DNA of 64,000 bases from the NCBI GenBank assembly GCA_035544615.1, contig DATKEA010000102.1, positions 4,015 to 68,014 on the forward strand, written 5' to 3'. A program made the position numbers and the translations under genes. Below, one piece after another: positions 1 to 9,056 of the stretch (positions within the stretch are counted from its first letter, which is position 1; the number at the start of each line of letters is the position of its first letter). A model generated the notes under the pieces. That model saw nothing but the letters and a program-made list of their open reading frames with translations, made no database searches and was not told where the DNA came from. This stretch comes from Acidimicrobiia bacterium (GTDB taxonomy: Bacteria; Actinomycetota; Acidimicrobiia; Spongiisociales; ZC4RG35).

Positions 1-20
1 TCCAGGTCAACTCGAGCAGC

Positions 21-722
21 GTGATCATCGGAGCCGCCCTGGTCAGCCTGGTGTTCGGCGCGGTTAGCGCTTCTCTGTCCCGGTCGGCCGCAGCATGGGC
101 CAACCCCGGCATGCAACTCAGCAGCTCACCCGCCTCGACCGCTTGGCTGGGCGCATTCATCGGGCTCGTCCTCGGTGTAGTCGCCGGAGCAGCCCTGACC
201 AGCGGCTTCGGAGTGCCGGTCGAGGACTTGGAAGGGGTAGCCCAACTGCCGGTGTTGGCGACGATCGGGGTGATGCTCATAGGCGGAGCGTTCCTCGGTG
301 GCGTGACCGCGGCCGTGACCCAGGCCTTGGGCGTCCCCGTCTCGGTGCCTGCCGAGGATCACGAACAGGTAACGGCGGTCAAGGCCCGGCTCGGCGCGGC
401 ATTGGGCATCCCTCTGACCGGTTTGATCCTGTTGTTGTTGCTGGTGGTGCCCTTTGCCTGGGCATTGCTCGAATCGAACCACCTCACCTCTGGGGGAGCC
501 GCCATCGTCGGCATCCTCACCGCGGCTGGTGTGCTCGCCTTTGCCACCCTGGCCGGAGGCAGGCCAAACGTGAGGCTGACCTTCGGCGAGGTGATGGTTG
601 CCGTGGCCGGGATCGGGACAGTCCTGGTCGTCATTCTCGCAGTGCTCTTCGCCATGAGCGACGACGAGCACGAAGAGCCCGCCGCTGAGCCCGAGACTGC
701 CGCGGTGCTCGTCATCGGCTGA
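21..722 (+). CDS. hypothetical polytopic membrane protein, possibly 5'-truncated by the window edge
   Basis: 233-aa ORF with several Gly/Ala/Val/Leu-rich hydrophobic helices and an acidic C-terminal tail. The frame stays open upstream to nt 3. No family motif recognised. Confidence 0.5.
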   Translation: MIIGAALVSLVFGAVSASLSRSAAAWANPGMQLSSSPASTAWLGAFIGLVLGVVAGAALTSGFGVPVEDLEGVAQLPVLATIGVMLIGGAFLGGVTAAVTQALGVPVSVPAEDHEQVTAVKARLGAALGIPLTGLILLLLLVVPFAWALLESNHLTSGGAAIVGILTAAGVLAFATLAGGRPNVRLTFGEVMVAVAGIGTVLVVILAVLFAMSDDEHEEPAAEPETAAVLVIG

Positions 723-724
723 GG

Positions 725-1711
725 TCAGCTCAGACCAGCGGCTCTCGCAATCTCAGCCGCGTTGATGGCATGGGTCAGGTCACCGAATGCAAGGGCGGCG
801 CGCAGATTGGCCGCTACCTCGAGGGCAACCTGTACCTGTGCCTCCTTCGTGGAGGCACCCAGATGCGGGGTGAGCACCAGGTTGGGTGCCGAGAGCAAGG
901 GGCTCTCTGGCGCCAACGGCTCGGTCTCATAGACGTCGAGGCCCGCTCCGGCGATCCTCCCCTCGATCAACGCCCGAGCCAGGGCGGCTTCATCCACGAC
1001 TCCGCCACGGGAGAGATTGACCAGGAAGGCGCCCTTCTTCATCTTCAGCAGTGCGCTTTCGCCGATCAGACCCCTGGTCTCGTCGGTGAGGGGAACGTGC
1101 AGAGTGATGACATCGGCCTCCGCGACCAGTTGATCCATCTCGACGACCACGGAACGCAACTCGGCCAGTCGGTCGGCGGAGAGATAGGGATCATGGACGA
1201 TCACCCTCATCCCAAAGGCGCGGCAGCGGTCGGCCACGGCGCTGCCGATCCTCCCCGCGCCGACCACACCCAGGGTGCGGCCTCGCAACTCGACACCTTG
1301 GAGGTTGGCCCTGTCCCACCTGCCCTCGCGCATCGAACGATCGGCTTCGGACACGCGACGGGCCACAGAAAGGAGAAGGGCCATCGTCAGCTCCGCTGCC
1401 GACACCGTGTTGCCACCGGGAGCGTTCACCACCGCCACTCCGCGTTCCGAGGCTGCGGCCACATCGATGTTGTCGACGCCGACGCCGGCCCTGCCCACGA
1501 CTTTGAGCTCAGGTGCGGCCTCCAGCAGCCGGGCATCGACCGTAGTGGCGCTTCGGACGATCAGGCCCGCCGCGGTTTCGAGCTCGGAGCCAAACCGGGC
1601 CTCGGTCGAGCTCTTGATCCGCACCACCTCGAAACGCTCGTCGTCCCGAAGCGGGGCCAGGCCCTTCTTCGAGACCCGATCGGTGGCGACAACCCGATAG
1701 GTTGCGCTCAC
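725..1711 (-). CDS. serA: D-3-phosphoglycerate dehydrogenase, short form without ACT domain (D-isomer 2-hydroxyacid dehydrogenase family)
   Basis: 328 aa from GTG 1711, which forms a GTGA overlap with the upstream stop. Rossmann motif GVVGAGRIG and TPHLGASTKEAQ motif. The first 100 aa of the ORF-track entry are a spurious extension overlapping the aminotransferase gene. Confidence 0.8.
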   Translation of the reverse strand: MSATYRVVATDRVSKKGLAPLRDDERFEVVRIKSSTEARFGSELETAAGLIVRSATTVDARLLEAAPELKVVGRAGVGVDNIDVAAASERGVAVVNAPGGNTVSAAELTMALLLSVARRVSEADRSMREGRWDRANLQGVELRGRTLGVVGAGRIGSAVADRCRAFGMRVIVHDPYLSADRLAELRSVVVEMDQLVAEADVITLHVPLTDETRGLIGESALLKMKKGAFLVNLSRGGVVDEAALARALIEGRIAGAGLDVYETEPLAPESPLLSAPNLVLTPHLGASTKEAQVQVALEVAANLRAALAFGDLTHAINAAEIARAAGLS

Positions 1712-2811
1712 CGGAGCACCTCGCCCAGGGCTTCCAGCAACTCGGTCAGGTTCTCCACCCCGTGATCCCCCATGTGCCCGATGCGAACACTCTTCTCCTT
1801 CAGCCGCGCATAGCCTCCACCGATGACCCAGCCGCGCTCGCGCATCGCGGCGACGACCTCGGGCCCGCTGATGGTCTCGGGCAGGCTGAGACAGGTCACC
1901 GTCGGCGAACGGTATCCGGGAGGGGCAAGAACGTCTACGTCGACACCTTGCGCCTGCATCTCCTCTACCCAATCGGTGGTGGCCCTCTGCATCGCTGCGT
2001 GACGTGACCAACGGTTCTCGATGCCCTCGACCCTGATCCTCTCCAGCTGCGCCTCGAGGGCGTACAGCAGCGACACAGCGGGGGTGGAGGGCGTCTGTGA
2101 GGCTTCCAGGGCCTTCATCAGCGGTACCAGATCGAAGTAATAACCCTTGTTGGTCACCACCGAAGAGCGGTCCATCATGGCCTCCGAGGCCACCCCGAAA
2201 CTGAGCCCGGGTGGGAGTGCCAATGCCTTCTGTGACCCGGTTAGGACGAAGTCGAGCTCCCAGTCATCGGTCCGCACCTCCGTGCCGGCGATTCCGGTGA
2301 CCGAATCGACGAGGAGCATGACTCCCGGATAGCGGGCCGACACCCGGGCGATCGACTCCAGATCCTGCAGGGCACCGGTAGAGGTCTCCGAATGACTCAA
2401 GGTCACCGCTTCATAATCCCCCGTCGCCAACCTATCGTCGAGCTGCTCCGGGTCGTGATACCGGCCCCAGTCGACAGCCCAGAGCTCGGTCTCCTTGCCG
2501 CACGCCATTGCGATTTCGCCGAATCGCGACGAGAAGGCCCCGTTGACCAAGCTCAACACCTTCCCGGTGCCCACACCATTTCGCACCGCAGCCTCCATCA
2601 GACCGGTCGCGGACGACGTCGAGATCACCACCGGGCGCACGGTCACGAATACCCGCTTGAGACCGTCCTGTAGCCGTGACAGGAGCTCTTCGATGTCCCG
2701 GCCGCGATGACCGATCATCGGTCGGGTCTGAGCGGACAGGACCTCAGGATGGACCTCGGTAGGCCCGGGTAAGAAGAAGTGCCCTTGGGGTAGCTCGTTT
2801 GGCATGGTCAT
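1708..2811 (-). CDS. class V PLP-dependent aminotransferase (phosphoserine / serine-pyruvate aminotransferase-like)
   Basis: 367 aa with N-terminal FLPGPTEV...MIGHRG, typical of the class V fold. Translationally coupled to the serA-like gene. Confidence 0.8.
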   Translation of the reverse strand: MTMPNELPQGHFFLPGPTEVHPEVLSAQTRPMIGHRGRDIEELLSRLQDGLKRVFVTVRPVVISTSSATGLMEAAVRNGVGTGKVLSLVNGAFSSRFGEIAMACGKETELWAVDWGRYHDPEQLDDRLATGDYEAVTLSHSETSTGALQDLESIARVSARYPGVMLLVDSVTGIAGTEVRTDDWELDFVLTGSQKALALPPGLSFGVASEAMMDRSSVVTNKGYYFDLVPLMKALEASQTPSTPAVSLLYALEAQLERIRVEGIENRWSRHAAMQRATTDWVEEMQAQGVDVDVLAPPGYRSPTVTCLSLPETISGPEVVAAMRERGWVIGGGYARLKEKSVRIGHMGDHGVENLTELLEALGEVLR

Positions 2812-2835
2812 CCATCGATAGGTTGGTATCGCGCT

Positions 2836-3144
2836 CTACCCGTCGGCCAGGCCCAGTGCGTAGCGCACGGTACCCACCAGTTCCCAGTCGACGAGAACCG
2901 GCTCGCCGCTGCGCTGGTGCTCCCGGAGGTGAGAGAGCGGGAAGTTGTAGTCGCCATCCAGCACGGGCACGAACTCGAGCTCGGAGCCCTCCACCAATAC
3001 CGTGAACGCAACGACCTCATCGAGGGTTCCCTCGACGGAAGTGACCACGCCTCGAACCGTCCCCGATGTCTCCGCGCACGCCGGCAGGACCAGCGTGAGA
3101 AACAGAACGGTCAACAGTCTCACATGATTGGAAGCAGGCCACAT
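2836..3144 (-). CDS. small lipoprotein, function unknown
   Basis: 102 aa from ATG 3144, with a signal peptide and lipobox LVLPAC. The longer 216-aa ORF-track version runs into ctaG in another frame. Confidence 0.6.
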   Translation of the reverse strand: MWPASNHVRLLTVLFLTLVLPACAETSGTVRGVVTSVEGTLDEVVAFTVLVEGSELEFVPVLDGDYNFPLSHLREHQRSGEPVLVDWELVGTVRYALGLADG

Positions 3145-3164
3145 CTCACTCTTTCGTGACGATC

Positions 3165-3980
3165 TCAGGAGGCTCGCAGGGAAGCCTCGAGCCTCTCCCA
3201 ATCCCGCTCCTGCTTGGTCCAACGGAACCAAATCACGGCAATGGTGACCCACAACAGCAGTCCGCCGCCAAGCTTCATGATCACCCCGGCAATGGTCTGG
3301 TCGGCAACCGCAGTCAGACCATAAGCGAGTGCCGCATCCCCATAGACGGGGTAGATGGCCACAGAGGAGAAAGTGAGAAACGACGCCGGAATCGTGGGGA
3401 GGAGAGATTGCAGGAACAGGTAGAACATCTGCACGGGAGCGGGCAGCGCTGGAATGGCCCGGGTCGGGGAGAACACCGGCATCCACATCAGCATCGACAC
3501 TGCAAAGAGCCAGGCATGCACCGAGAAGTGCATCAGATCACTGGTGAGCATCCACCCCACCAACTCGGGCCAGTGGATGACGATGAAGGTGGTGTTGAAA
3601 ACCACAAACGCCACCACGGGTTTTGCCAGCGGTCGCAGCCAGCGCGCCACCGAAGGCCGCCCCAATGTCACGTCGGCCAGCCAGCGCGGGGTACCCCGAA
3701 GCAACAGGGGCGGGATCACGAGAGCGATCACCATGTGCTCGACCATGTGCACCGTGAACAAGGCAGTCTCACCCACATCGTGTATCGGCCAACCCGAGAC
3801 GAGCCACAGGGCGGCCAAGGCGCCATACCAACGCCACTTTTGACCGCTTCTCGCCGGCTCGGCGTCCGGAGCGACCACCGGCCGCAAGCGACGATCTGCA
3901 AACCAGTAGCCATAGCCGAGCAGGAATACCAGTAGCCATACCTCGTAGTGGGGATGCCAGGGAGGCAGCATGTCATCCAC
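3165..3980 (-). CDS. ctaG: cytochrome c oxidase assembly factor CtaG (Caa3_CtaG family membrane protein)
   Basis: 271 aa and multi-TM, with WPIHD and HMVEHM motifs. Lies directly downstream of the oxidase subunit genes. Start is GTG 3980 or ATG 3971. Confidence 0.85.
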   Translation of the reverse strand: MDDMLPPWHPHYEVWLLVFLLGYGYWFADRRLRPVVAPDAEPARSGQKWRWYGALAALWLVSGWPIHDVGETALFTVHMVEHMVIALVIPPLLLRGTPRWLADVTLGRPSVARWLRPLAKPVVAFVVFNTTFIVIHWPELVGWMLTSDLMHFSVHAWLFAVSMLMWMPVFSPTRAIPALPAPVQMFYLFLQSLLPTIPASFLTFSSVAIYPVYGDAALAYGLTAVADQTIAGVIMKLGGGLLLWVTIAVIWFRWTKQERDWERLEASLRAS

Positions 3981-4287
3981 CCCTGATGGCGACGACCCCG
4001 AGCGCGGTGAGGACGATGGCGTACAGGGAAAAGGCGAGGATGAAACCGGCGGTGAAGAATCGGCTCAGTGTCGACTTCTCGAACCTGAGGTGCATGAAGA
4101 AGCCCACGACGATGACAAACTTCAGGGCGGCAAGGATCAACAACATCGCCGCGTTCAGGAATCCCAAGTCGTAGGCCTGATCGACATAAAACAGTCCGAC
4201 CTCGATCGCGGTCAGCACCGCCAGCACCACGGCGATCTTCCAATACTGAGCCGGCGTGGGGTGGTGGATGTGCTCTTCGCTGCTCAT
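3973..4287 (-). CDS. ctaF: cytochrome c oxidase subunit IV (small prokaryotic COX4-type, Bacillus CtaF-like)
   Basis: 104 aa from ATG 4287 (ATGA overlap with the ctaE stop). Three TM helices and a FFMHLRFE motif. The remainder of the 283-aa ORF-track entry is a shadow. Confidence 0.8.
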   Translation of the reverse strand: MSSEEHIHHPTPAQYWKIAVVLAVLTAIEVGLFYVDQAYDLGFLNAAMLLILAALKFVIVVGFFMHLRFEKSTLSRFFTAGFILAFSLYAIVLTALGVVAIRGG

Positions 4288-4910
4288 GACGGAACCGAGA
4301 GGAGGTAGACCACTGTGAAGATCACGATCCAGATGATGTCGACGAAGTGCCAGTAGAGGCCCACCAGCTCGAGATTCATCCCGTGTTTCTCGCTGAGACC
4401 ACCCGGTCGCCGGGAGATCCCCCACAGGGAGAGCAGCATGATCACCCCAATGGCGACGTGGGCACCATGGAACCCGGTGAGCAGGTAGAAAGCCGATGCA
4501 GCCGGATTCGTTGTCAGCTTCATGTCGAACTCGACGATGAACTCGGTGAACTCGAACACCTGACCTCCGAGGAACACCGCGCCCAGGGCGGCCGTGGCGA
4601 AGAGCCAGGTCCTGGTGCCGCCCTGATCTCCACGACTGAGGGCGTTGTGGGCCAGGACCATGGTCAGTGAGCTCATCAGCAGCACGAACGAGCTGACCGA
4701 GGTGAAGGGAATGTCGTAGATCTCGGCTGGATATGTGCCTGCGAACCCGGACCGATTGGAGTAGAGGAGATAGTTGGAGATGAGTGCCCCGAAGAACAGG
4801 AACTCGGAGCTGAGAAAAGCCCACATCCCCAGCTTGCGGTTGTCGACCCCGGTCGACTCGTGCTCGGGGTGCCCGTGGTCGGCCATCGTCTCGTGAGCCA
4901 GATCAGCCAT
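4284..4910 (-). CDS. ctaE: cytochrome c oxidase subunit III
   Basis: 208 aa from ATG 4910, with FLSSEFLFFGALI, GFHGAHV and LYWHFVD motifs. Overlaps the ctaD stop by 8 nt. Confidence 0.9.
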   Translation of the reverse strand: MADLAHETMADHGHPEHESTGVDNRKLGMWAFLSSEFLFFGALISNYLLYSNRSGFAGTYPAEIYDIPFTSVSSFVLLMSSLTMVLAHNALSRGDQGGTRTWLFATAALGAVFLGGQVFEFTEFIVEFDMKLTTNPAASAFYLLTGFHGAHVAIGVIMLLSLWGISRRPGGLSEKHGMNLELVGLYWHFVDIIWIVIFTVVYLLSVPS

Positions 4911-6942
4911 CGATGGCGCCCTCCACCAAATCAGAGCCCGGGCCGTGATCCTCGACATGGGGCTCCTCGAGCGGTTCCATGCCCCAGCCGATCAGCGCGG
5001 CGAGAGTCAGGATGGCGCCGATGAGGATCGACGCCTTGCCCCACAGCGCCTCGTGATAGATCACCCCATAGAAGATGATCGGTAAGCCGAGTGCCACGAA
5101 GAAGGGGAAGTAGGACGGCGCCGGGAGGTGAATCGTGCCGGCGGGATTCCGCTGCTCGTATTCGATGCGGGCCACGATCTCATCTGCGTCGTCCCGGCGA
5201 ACGGCTCGCCCTTCCTCGTCCTCGCCGTACTTGAGGTGCCAGAAGTGGTCGAGACTGGTGACCACCGGCGGAACGGCGAAGTTGTACTCGGGGGTGGGGT
5301 TGGGAGACATCCATTCCACGGTGCGAGCGTCCCATGGGTCGAGACCGGAGGCCTCGCCGCGCCGACGGCTGACGAACCAGTTGAACATGAAGACGAGAAC
5401 CGACAGGGCGATGACGAAACCACCGATCGTGACCGCGATGTTCCACGGCTCGAGACCCATCTCCGGTGAGTACTTCCAGGTACGACGGACCATGCCCTGC
5501 AACCCGAGCCAGTGCATCGGGCCGAAAGTCAGGTTGAAACCCAGCAACATCAGCCAGAAGTGGAGCTTTCCCAACTTCTCGCTCATCACCTTGCCGGTGA
5601 TCTTGGGGAACCAGTAGTACAAGCCGCCGAACAGGCCGAAGATTGCGCCACCGAACAACACATAGTGGAAGTGGGCCACGATGTAGTAGGTGTCGGTCTG
5701 CTGCCAGTCGGAGGGCACAACGGCATGAGTCACACCGGAGAGGCCCCCGATGGTGAACATGGCCACGAACCCGATCGCGCACAGCATCGGCGTATCGAGA
5801 CGGATTCGCCCCATCCACATGGTGCCCAGCCAGTTGAAGATCTTGATACCGGTGGGAATGGCGATGGTCATCGTGGCGAGACCGAAGGCTGCTTGCGCCA
5901 CCGGGGTGATCCCCGAGGCGAACATGTGATGGGCCCACACCCCGAATCCGAGGAACCCGATGGCGGCTCCGGCGAACACCACCGCCGAGTACCCGAACAA
6001 CGGCTTCCGGGAGAAGGTGGGCAGGATCTCGGACACGATGCCCATGGCGGGCAGGATCAGGATGTAGACCTCGGGATGGCCAAAGAGCCAGAACAGGTGT
6101 TGCCACAGGATCGGATCGCCACCGTTGGTCGCCGCGAAGAACAACGACCCGAATTGGCGGTCGAAGGCAACCATGAACAGAGCCACCGCGATGATCGGGA
6201 GTGAGAACAGGAGCAGGAACGAGGTGACCGTGGTCATCCAGGCAAAGACCGGCATGCGCAGCAGCCGCATTCCCTTGGCCCGCATGTTGAGGACGGTGAC
6301 GATGAAGTTGATCGCCGAGACCAGCGAGGCGAGACCGATGATCTGCAGTCCCAGAGCCCAGTAATCCATGGCGGTTCCCGGCGAGTAGAGCGGGCCGGCG
6401 TTTGGTTGGTAGGCAAACCACCCCGCATCAGGCGAGGTGGCGAGGAAGTTGAAGCTGCCAGGCCCACCCCCGGGCGCCAGGTTGCCGTCGATTCCTCCGA
6501 CGCCGTCGACACCGACCGGGGCGAGGGAAGTCCCGAAGAAGAACGTCGAGTAGAGGAATATGGCGCCAAAGAAGAAGATCCACCAGGAGAGGGCGTTGAG
6601 CCGTGGGAAGGCGACGTCACGGGCCCCGATCAGAAGCGGGAGCAGGTAGTTCATGAAGGCGGCCGAGGCCGGCATCACGAAGAGGAAGATCATCGTGGTG
6701 CCATGCATCGTGAACAGTGCGTTGTAGGCGCCGGCGGTGAGGAACTCCGAGTTGGCCTGGGCGAGCTGTATTCGAAGCAGCAACGCCTCGATCCCACCTA
6801 TCAGGAAGAAGGTGAATGCGGCGTAGCCATACATGACCCCGATCCGCTTGTGATCTACCGTCGTCAGCCAGGACCAGAATCCGGAGGTCGAGGCCGGTCT
6901 GCGGAAAATCGTGGTCGATGGGCGCTCTGCGGTGGCGGTCAT
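4903..6942 (-). CDS. ctaD: cytochrome c oxidase subunit I with a ~107-aa C-terminal two-helix extension
   Basis: 679 aa from ATG 6942 (ATGA overlap with the ctaC stop). Canonical heme-copper oxidase motifs WFFGHPEVYILILP and HHMF. See finding on the extension. Confidence 0.95.
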   Translation of the reverse strand: MTATAERPSTTIFRRPASTSGFWSWLTTVDHKRIGVMYGYAAFTFFLIGGIEALLLRIQLAQANSEFLTAGAYNALFTMHGTTMIFLFVMPASAAFMNYLLPLLIGARDVAFPRLNALSWWIFFFGAIFLYSTFFFGTSLAPVGVDGVGGIDGNLAPGGGPGSFNFLATSPDAGWFAYQPNAGPLYSPGTAMDYWALGLQIIGLASLVSAINFIVTVLNMRAKGMRLLRMPVFAWMTTVTSFLLLFSLPIIAVALFMVAFDRQFGSLFFAATNGGDPILWQHLFWLFGHPEVYILILPAMGIVSEILPTFSRKPLFGYSAVVFAGAAIGFLGFGVWAHHMFASGITPVAQAAFGLATMTIAIPTGIKIFNWLGTMWMGRIRLDTPMLCAIGFVAMFTIGGLSGVTHAVVPSDWQQTDTYYIVAHFHYVLFGGAIFGLFGGLYYWFPKITGKVMSEKLGKLHFWLMLLGFNLTFGPMHWLGLQGMVRRTWKYSPEMGLEPWNIAVTIGGFVIALSVLVFMFNWFVSRRRGEASGLDPWDARTVEWMSPNPTPEYNFAVPPVVTSLDHFWHLKYGEDEEGRAVRRDDADEIVARIEYEQRNPAGTIHLPAPSYFPFFVALGLPIIFYGVIYHEALWGKASILIGAILTLAALIGWGMEPLEEPHVEDHGPGSDLVEGAIDG

Positions 6943-7997
6943 TTGTTGCTCTCCAACCATACGATCAAGTCGTCGATCTCCTGCTCGGTAAGCGCCAGGT
7001 TCGGCATGAAGCTGCCCGGCTTGACATTGGGCGGGTCGGCGAGCCATCTCTTCAGCGCCACGTCGTACTCCTCGCCCTCCTCGGGCAGGGTGGCCCCGGC
7101 GAAGACTCCCCTTGAGGCGAAGTGGGTGAGCTCTGGTCCGTTGAAAGCGTCGTCAGCGACGATGAGCGAAAGGTCCTCGTCCTCGAACCGGACGGTGTGA
7201 CACAGGTTGCACGCCTTGTTCTGGAATACCTGGAACCCGTCCCACTCCTGGGTCCCCTCGGCCGGCACCGGAGCGCCTTGTTGCTGGGTGAGGAGCCAGT
7301 CCTCATAGTCGGACGGATCCAGCGCCAGGACCCTCGCCCGCATCAGGGAATGGGAGAGACCGCAGAACTCGGCGCAGTGACCCCAGAACTCTCCCGGCTC
7401 GTGGGATTCGAGGCGCAGGAGAGTCGTCTGACCCGGCACCAGATATCGCTTTCCGTTGAGAGCCGGGACCCAGAAGTTGTGGAGGACGTCATCTGAGGTC
7501 ATCTGGGCGCACACTTCCTGGCCGGCCGGTATCACCATCACGTTGGCGGTGTTGATGCCGGCGTCCGGGTAGTGGTACTCGAACCACCATTGGTGGCCGA
7601 TCACCTGGATCTCGATGGCATCGGGACCGCATTCGGTCAGATCGAAGACGGCGGCGGTGGTCGGAACCGCCACCCCGGCCAGGATGAGGGCGGGGATCAC
7701 GGTCCAGAGAACCTCCAACTTCGGGCTCCCGTGGAGTTGTCGGGCCTCCTTGGACCCTTCCCGGTCCCGGAAGAGAAATACTGCAACGAGGATTGCCCCC
7801 TGTACCAGGGCGAACACCCCGACCGCGATCCAGAAGACCGGCCAAAATAGGCTGTCGATTCTCTCCGCGAAGGGACCGGCGGGATCGAATGTCGTGAGCG
7901 AGGCGTCTTCGATCTCGATCAGAGAGCAGGCACCGAGCAACAGCCCGGCGCCGACGATGGCACCTGCGCGAAAGAGACGTTGACGAGTCGGAGCCAT
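6939..7997 (-). CDS. ctaC: cytochrome c oxidase subunit II with fused C-terminal cytochrome c domain (caa3 type)
   Basis: 352 aa from ATG 7997. Lipoprotein-like signal LLLGAC, CuA motif HCAEFCGLSHSLM and heme c motif CNLCH. Confidence 0.9.
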   Translation of the reverse strand: MAPTRQRLFRAGAIVGAGLLLGACSLIEIEDASLTTFDPAGPFAERIDSLFWPVFWIAVGVFALVQGAILVAVFLFRDREGSKEARQLHGSPKLEVLWTVIPALILAGVAVPTTAAVFDLTECGPDAIEIQVIGHQWWFEYHYPDAGINTANVMVIPAGQEVCAQMTSDDVLHNFWVPALNGKRYLVPGQTTLLRLESHEPGEFWGHCAEFCGLSHSLMRARVLALDPSDYEDWLLTQQQGAPVPAEGTQEWDGFQVFQNKACNLCHTVRFEDEDLSLIVADDAFNGPELTHFASRGVFAGATLPEEGEEYDVALKRWLADPPNVKPGSFMPNLALTEQEIDDLIVWLESNK

Positions 7998-8219
7998 CGG
8001 CTGAGCATCATAAGGTCTCTCCAAACCGCCGACCAACTCCGGGATACAGGCTCGGCTAGGAGTCCGTTGGATAATGCCGTCGCCCGGATTGGCGGCCAGG
8101 CGCGCCAGTCGCAAGGCCGAGGTTTCGTCACTCCTCGGGTCGGAACGGCAGGGCCGAGAACGCAGCGAGTGGTGATGCCTGGTCGTCAAGATGGGTGACA
8201 TGCATTGTTCAACGGGCGA

Positions 8220-9056
8220 CTAGGGGAGGGCGGCGTCGATTGCGGCCCTCAGCTCGGCATCGGAGGCAGCGCCCTCGAACGATGCCGTCACCCGCCCCGA
8301 TTCGTCGACGACAAAGACCCAGGGCTCCGAGGGCAGACCCCATTCGTCGGTGGCCGGCACCGCGGTGAGATCCTCGAACGACTCCACCTGAAGATCCTCG
8401 TAGATCTCTACGTGCACGAAGTCGACCGCCGGGTAGGCGGGCCGAAATGCCTTCACCTGGTCGAGCAGAGGCCCGCATGTCTCCGAGACGCAGAAGGCCG
8501 GCGTAGCAAAAACGATCACGGCCGGAGTCCCGTCACTGACCGCCTCCGCCACGCTCACCTCGTACATCGCAGGGTCGGGGTCCGGGTCGGAGGTGATGAT
8601 CGGGAGGTCCGGGTATTGGGCCGAGGTCCTCGTCTCTGACTGCGGGGCCGTCTCACCAGGTTGGATCAGGGCGGGGTCCTCGAAGGCGACCAAGCCCACC
8701 GGTCCCGCGGTCGACAGCCCATCGGCGTCGATAGTGGCCTGGTAGGTGCCGGCTGCCGGGATCTCCAGCCGCGCCACGTAGAGACCCCTCACCTTGGGCA
8801 AGGTCCACACGAATTCCATCGAATAGGTGCCGATTGGTGAGCCGTTCTCATCGCGGAGCTCGAGCGTCGCCTCCCGGTCGGGGGCGGCAAGGAACTGGTC
8901 GCTCTCCGGGTCGATCAGCGCGAACATCACCCGCTGGGTCCCTACACCGATGCTCTGGTTGCTCGATGCGACCAAGGCGAATGGCCTCACTCCGCCTGAC
9001 CCACACCCGGTCAGCAACAGCACGCTCGCAACCAGAGCGATGGCCAGGCGTCTCAT
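8220..9056 (-). CDS. lipoprotein with C-terminal thioredoxin-fold domain (Sco/TlpA-like, C-x4-C)
   Basis: 278 aa with lipobox LLTGC and an FCVSETCGP motif in a Trx-like C-terminal half. ATGA overlap with the ctaB stop. Confidence 0.7.
   Translation of the reverse strand: MRRLAIALVASVLLLTGCGSGGVRPFALVASSNQSIGVGTQRVMFALIDPESDQFLAAPDREATLELRDENGSPIGTYSMEFVWTLPKVRGLYVARLEIPAAGTYQATIDADGLSTAGPVGLVAFEDPALIQPGETAPQSETRTSAQYPDLPIITSDPDPDPAMYEVSVAEAVSDGTPAVIVFATPAFCVSETCGPLLDQVKAFRPAYPAVDFVHVEIYEDLQVESFEDLTAVPATDEWGLPSEPWVFVVDESGRVTASFEGAASDAELRAAIDAALP

Noticed and set aside
5180-6421. 413-aa same-strand alternative-frame ORF inside ctaD
   Set aside because: Arg/Pro/Gly-rich out-of-frame reading of a gene with canonical heme-copper oxidase motifs.
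8006-8022. GGAGAG followed 5 nt later by ATGATG on the minus strand, just upstream of ctaC but out of frame (would give a 30-aa peptide overlapping the ctaC start)
   Set aside because: The product is neither hydrophobic nor conserved-looking, and a chance SD-like word is plausible. The ctaC start at ATG 7997 is supported by the lipoprotein signal that follows it. Kept only as a note.
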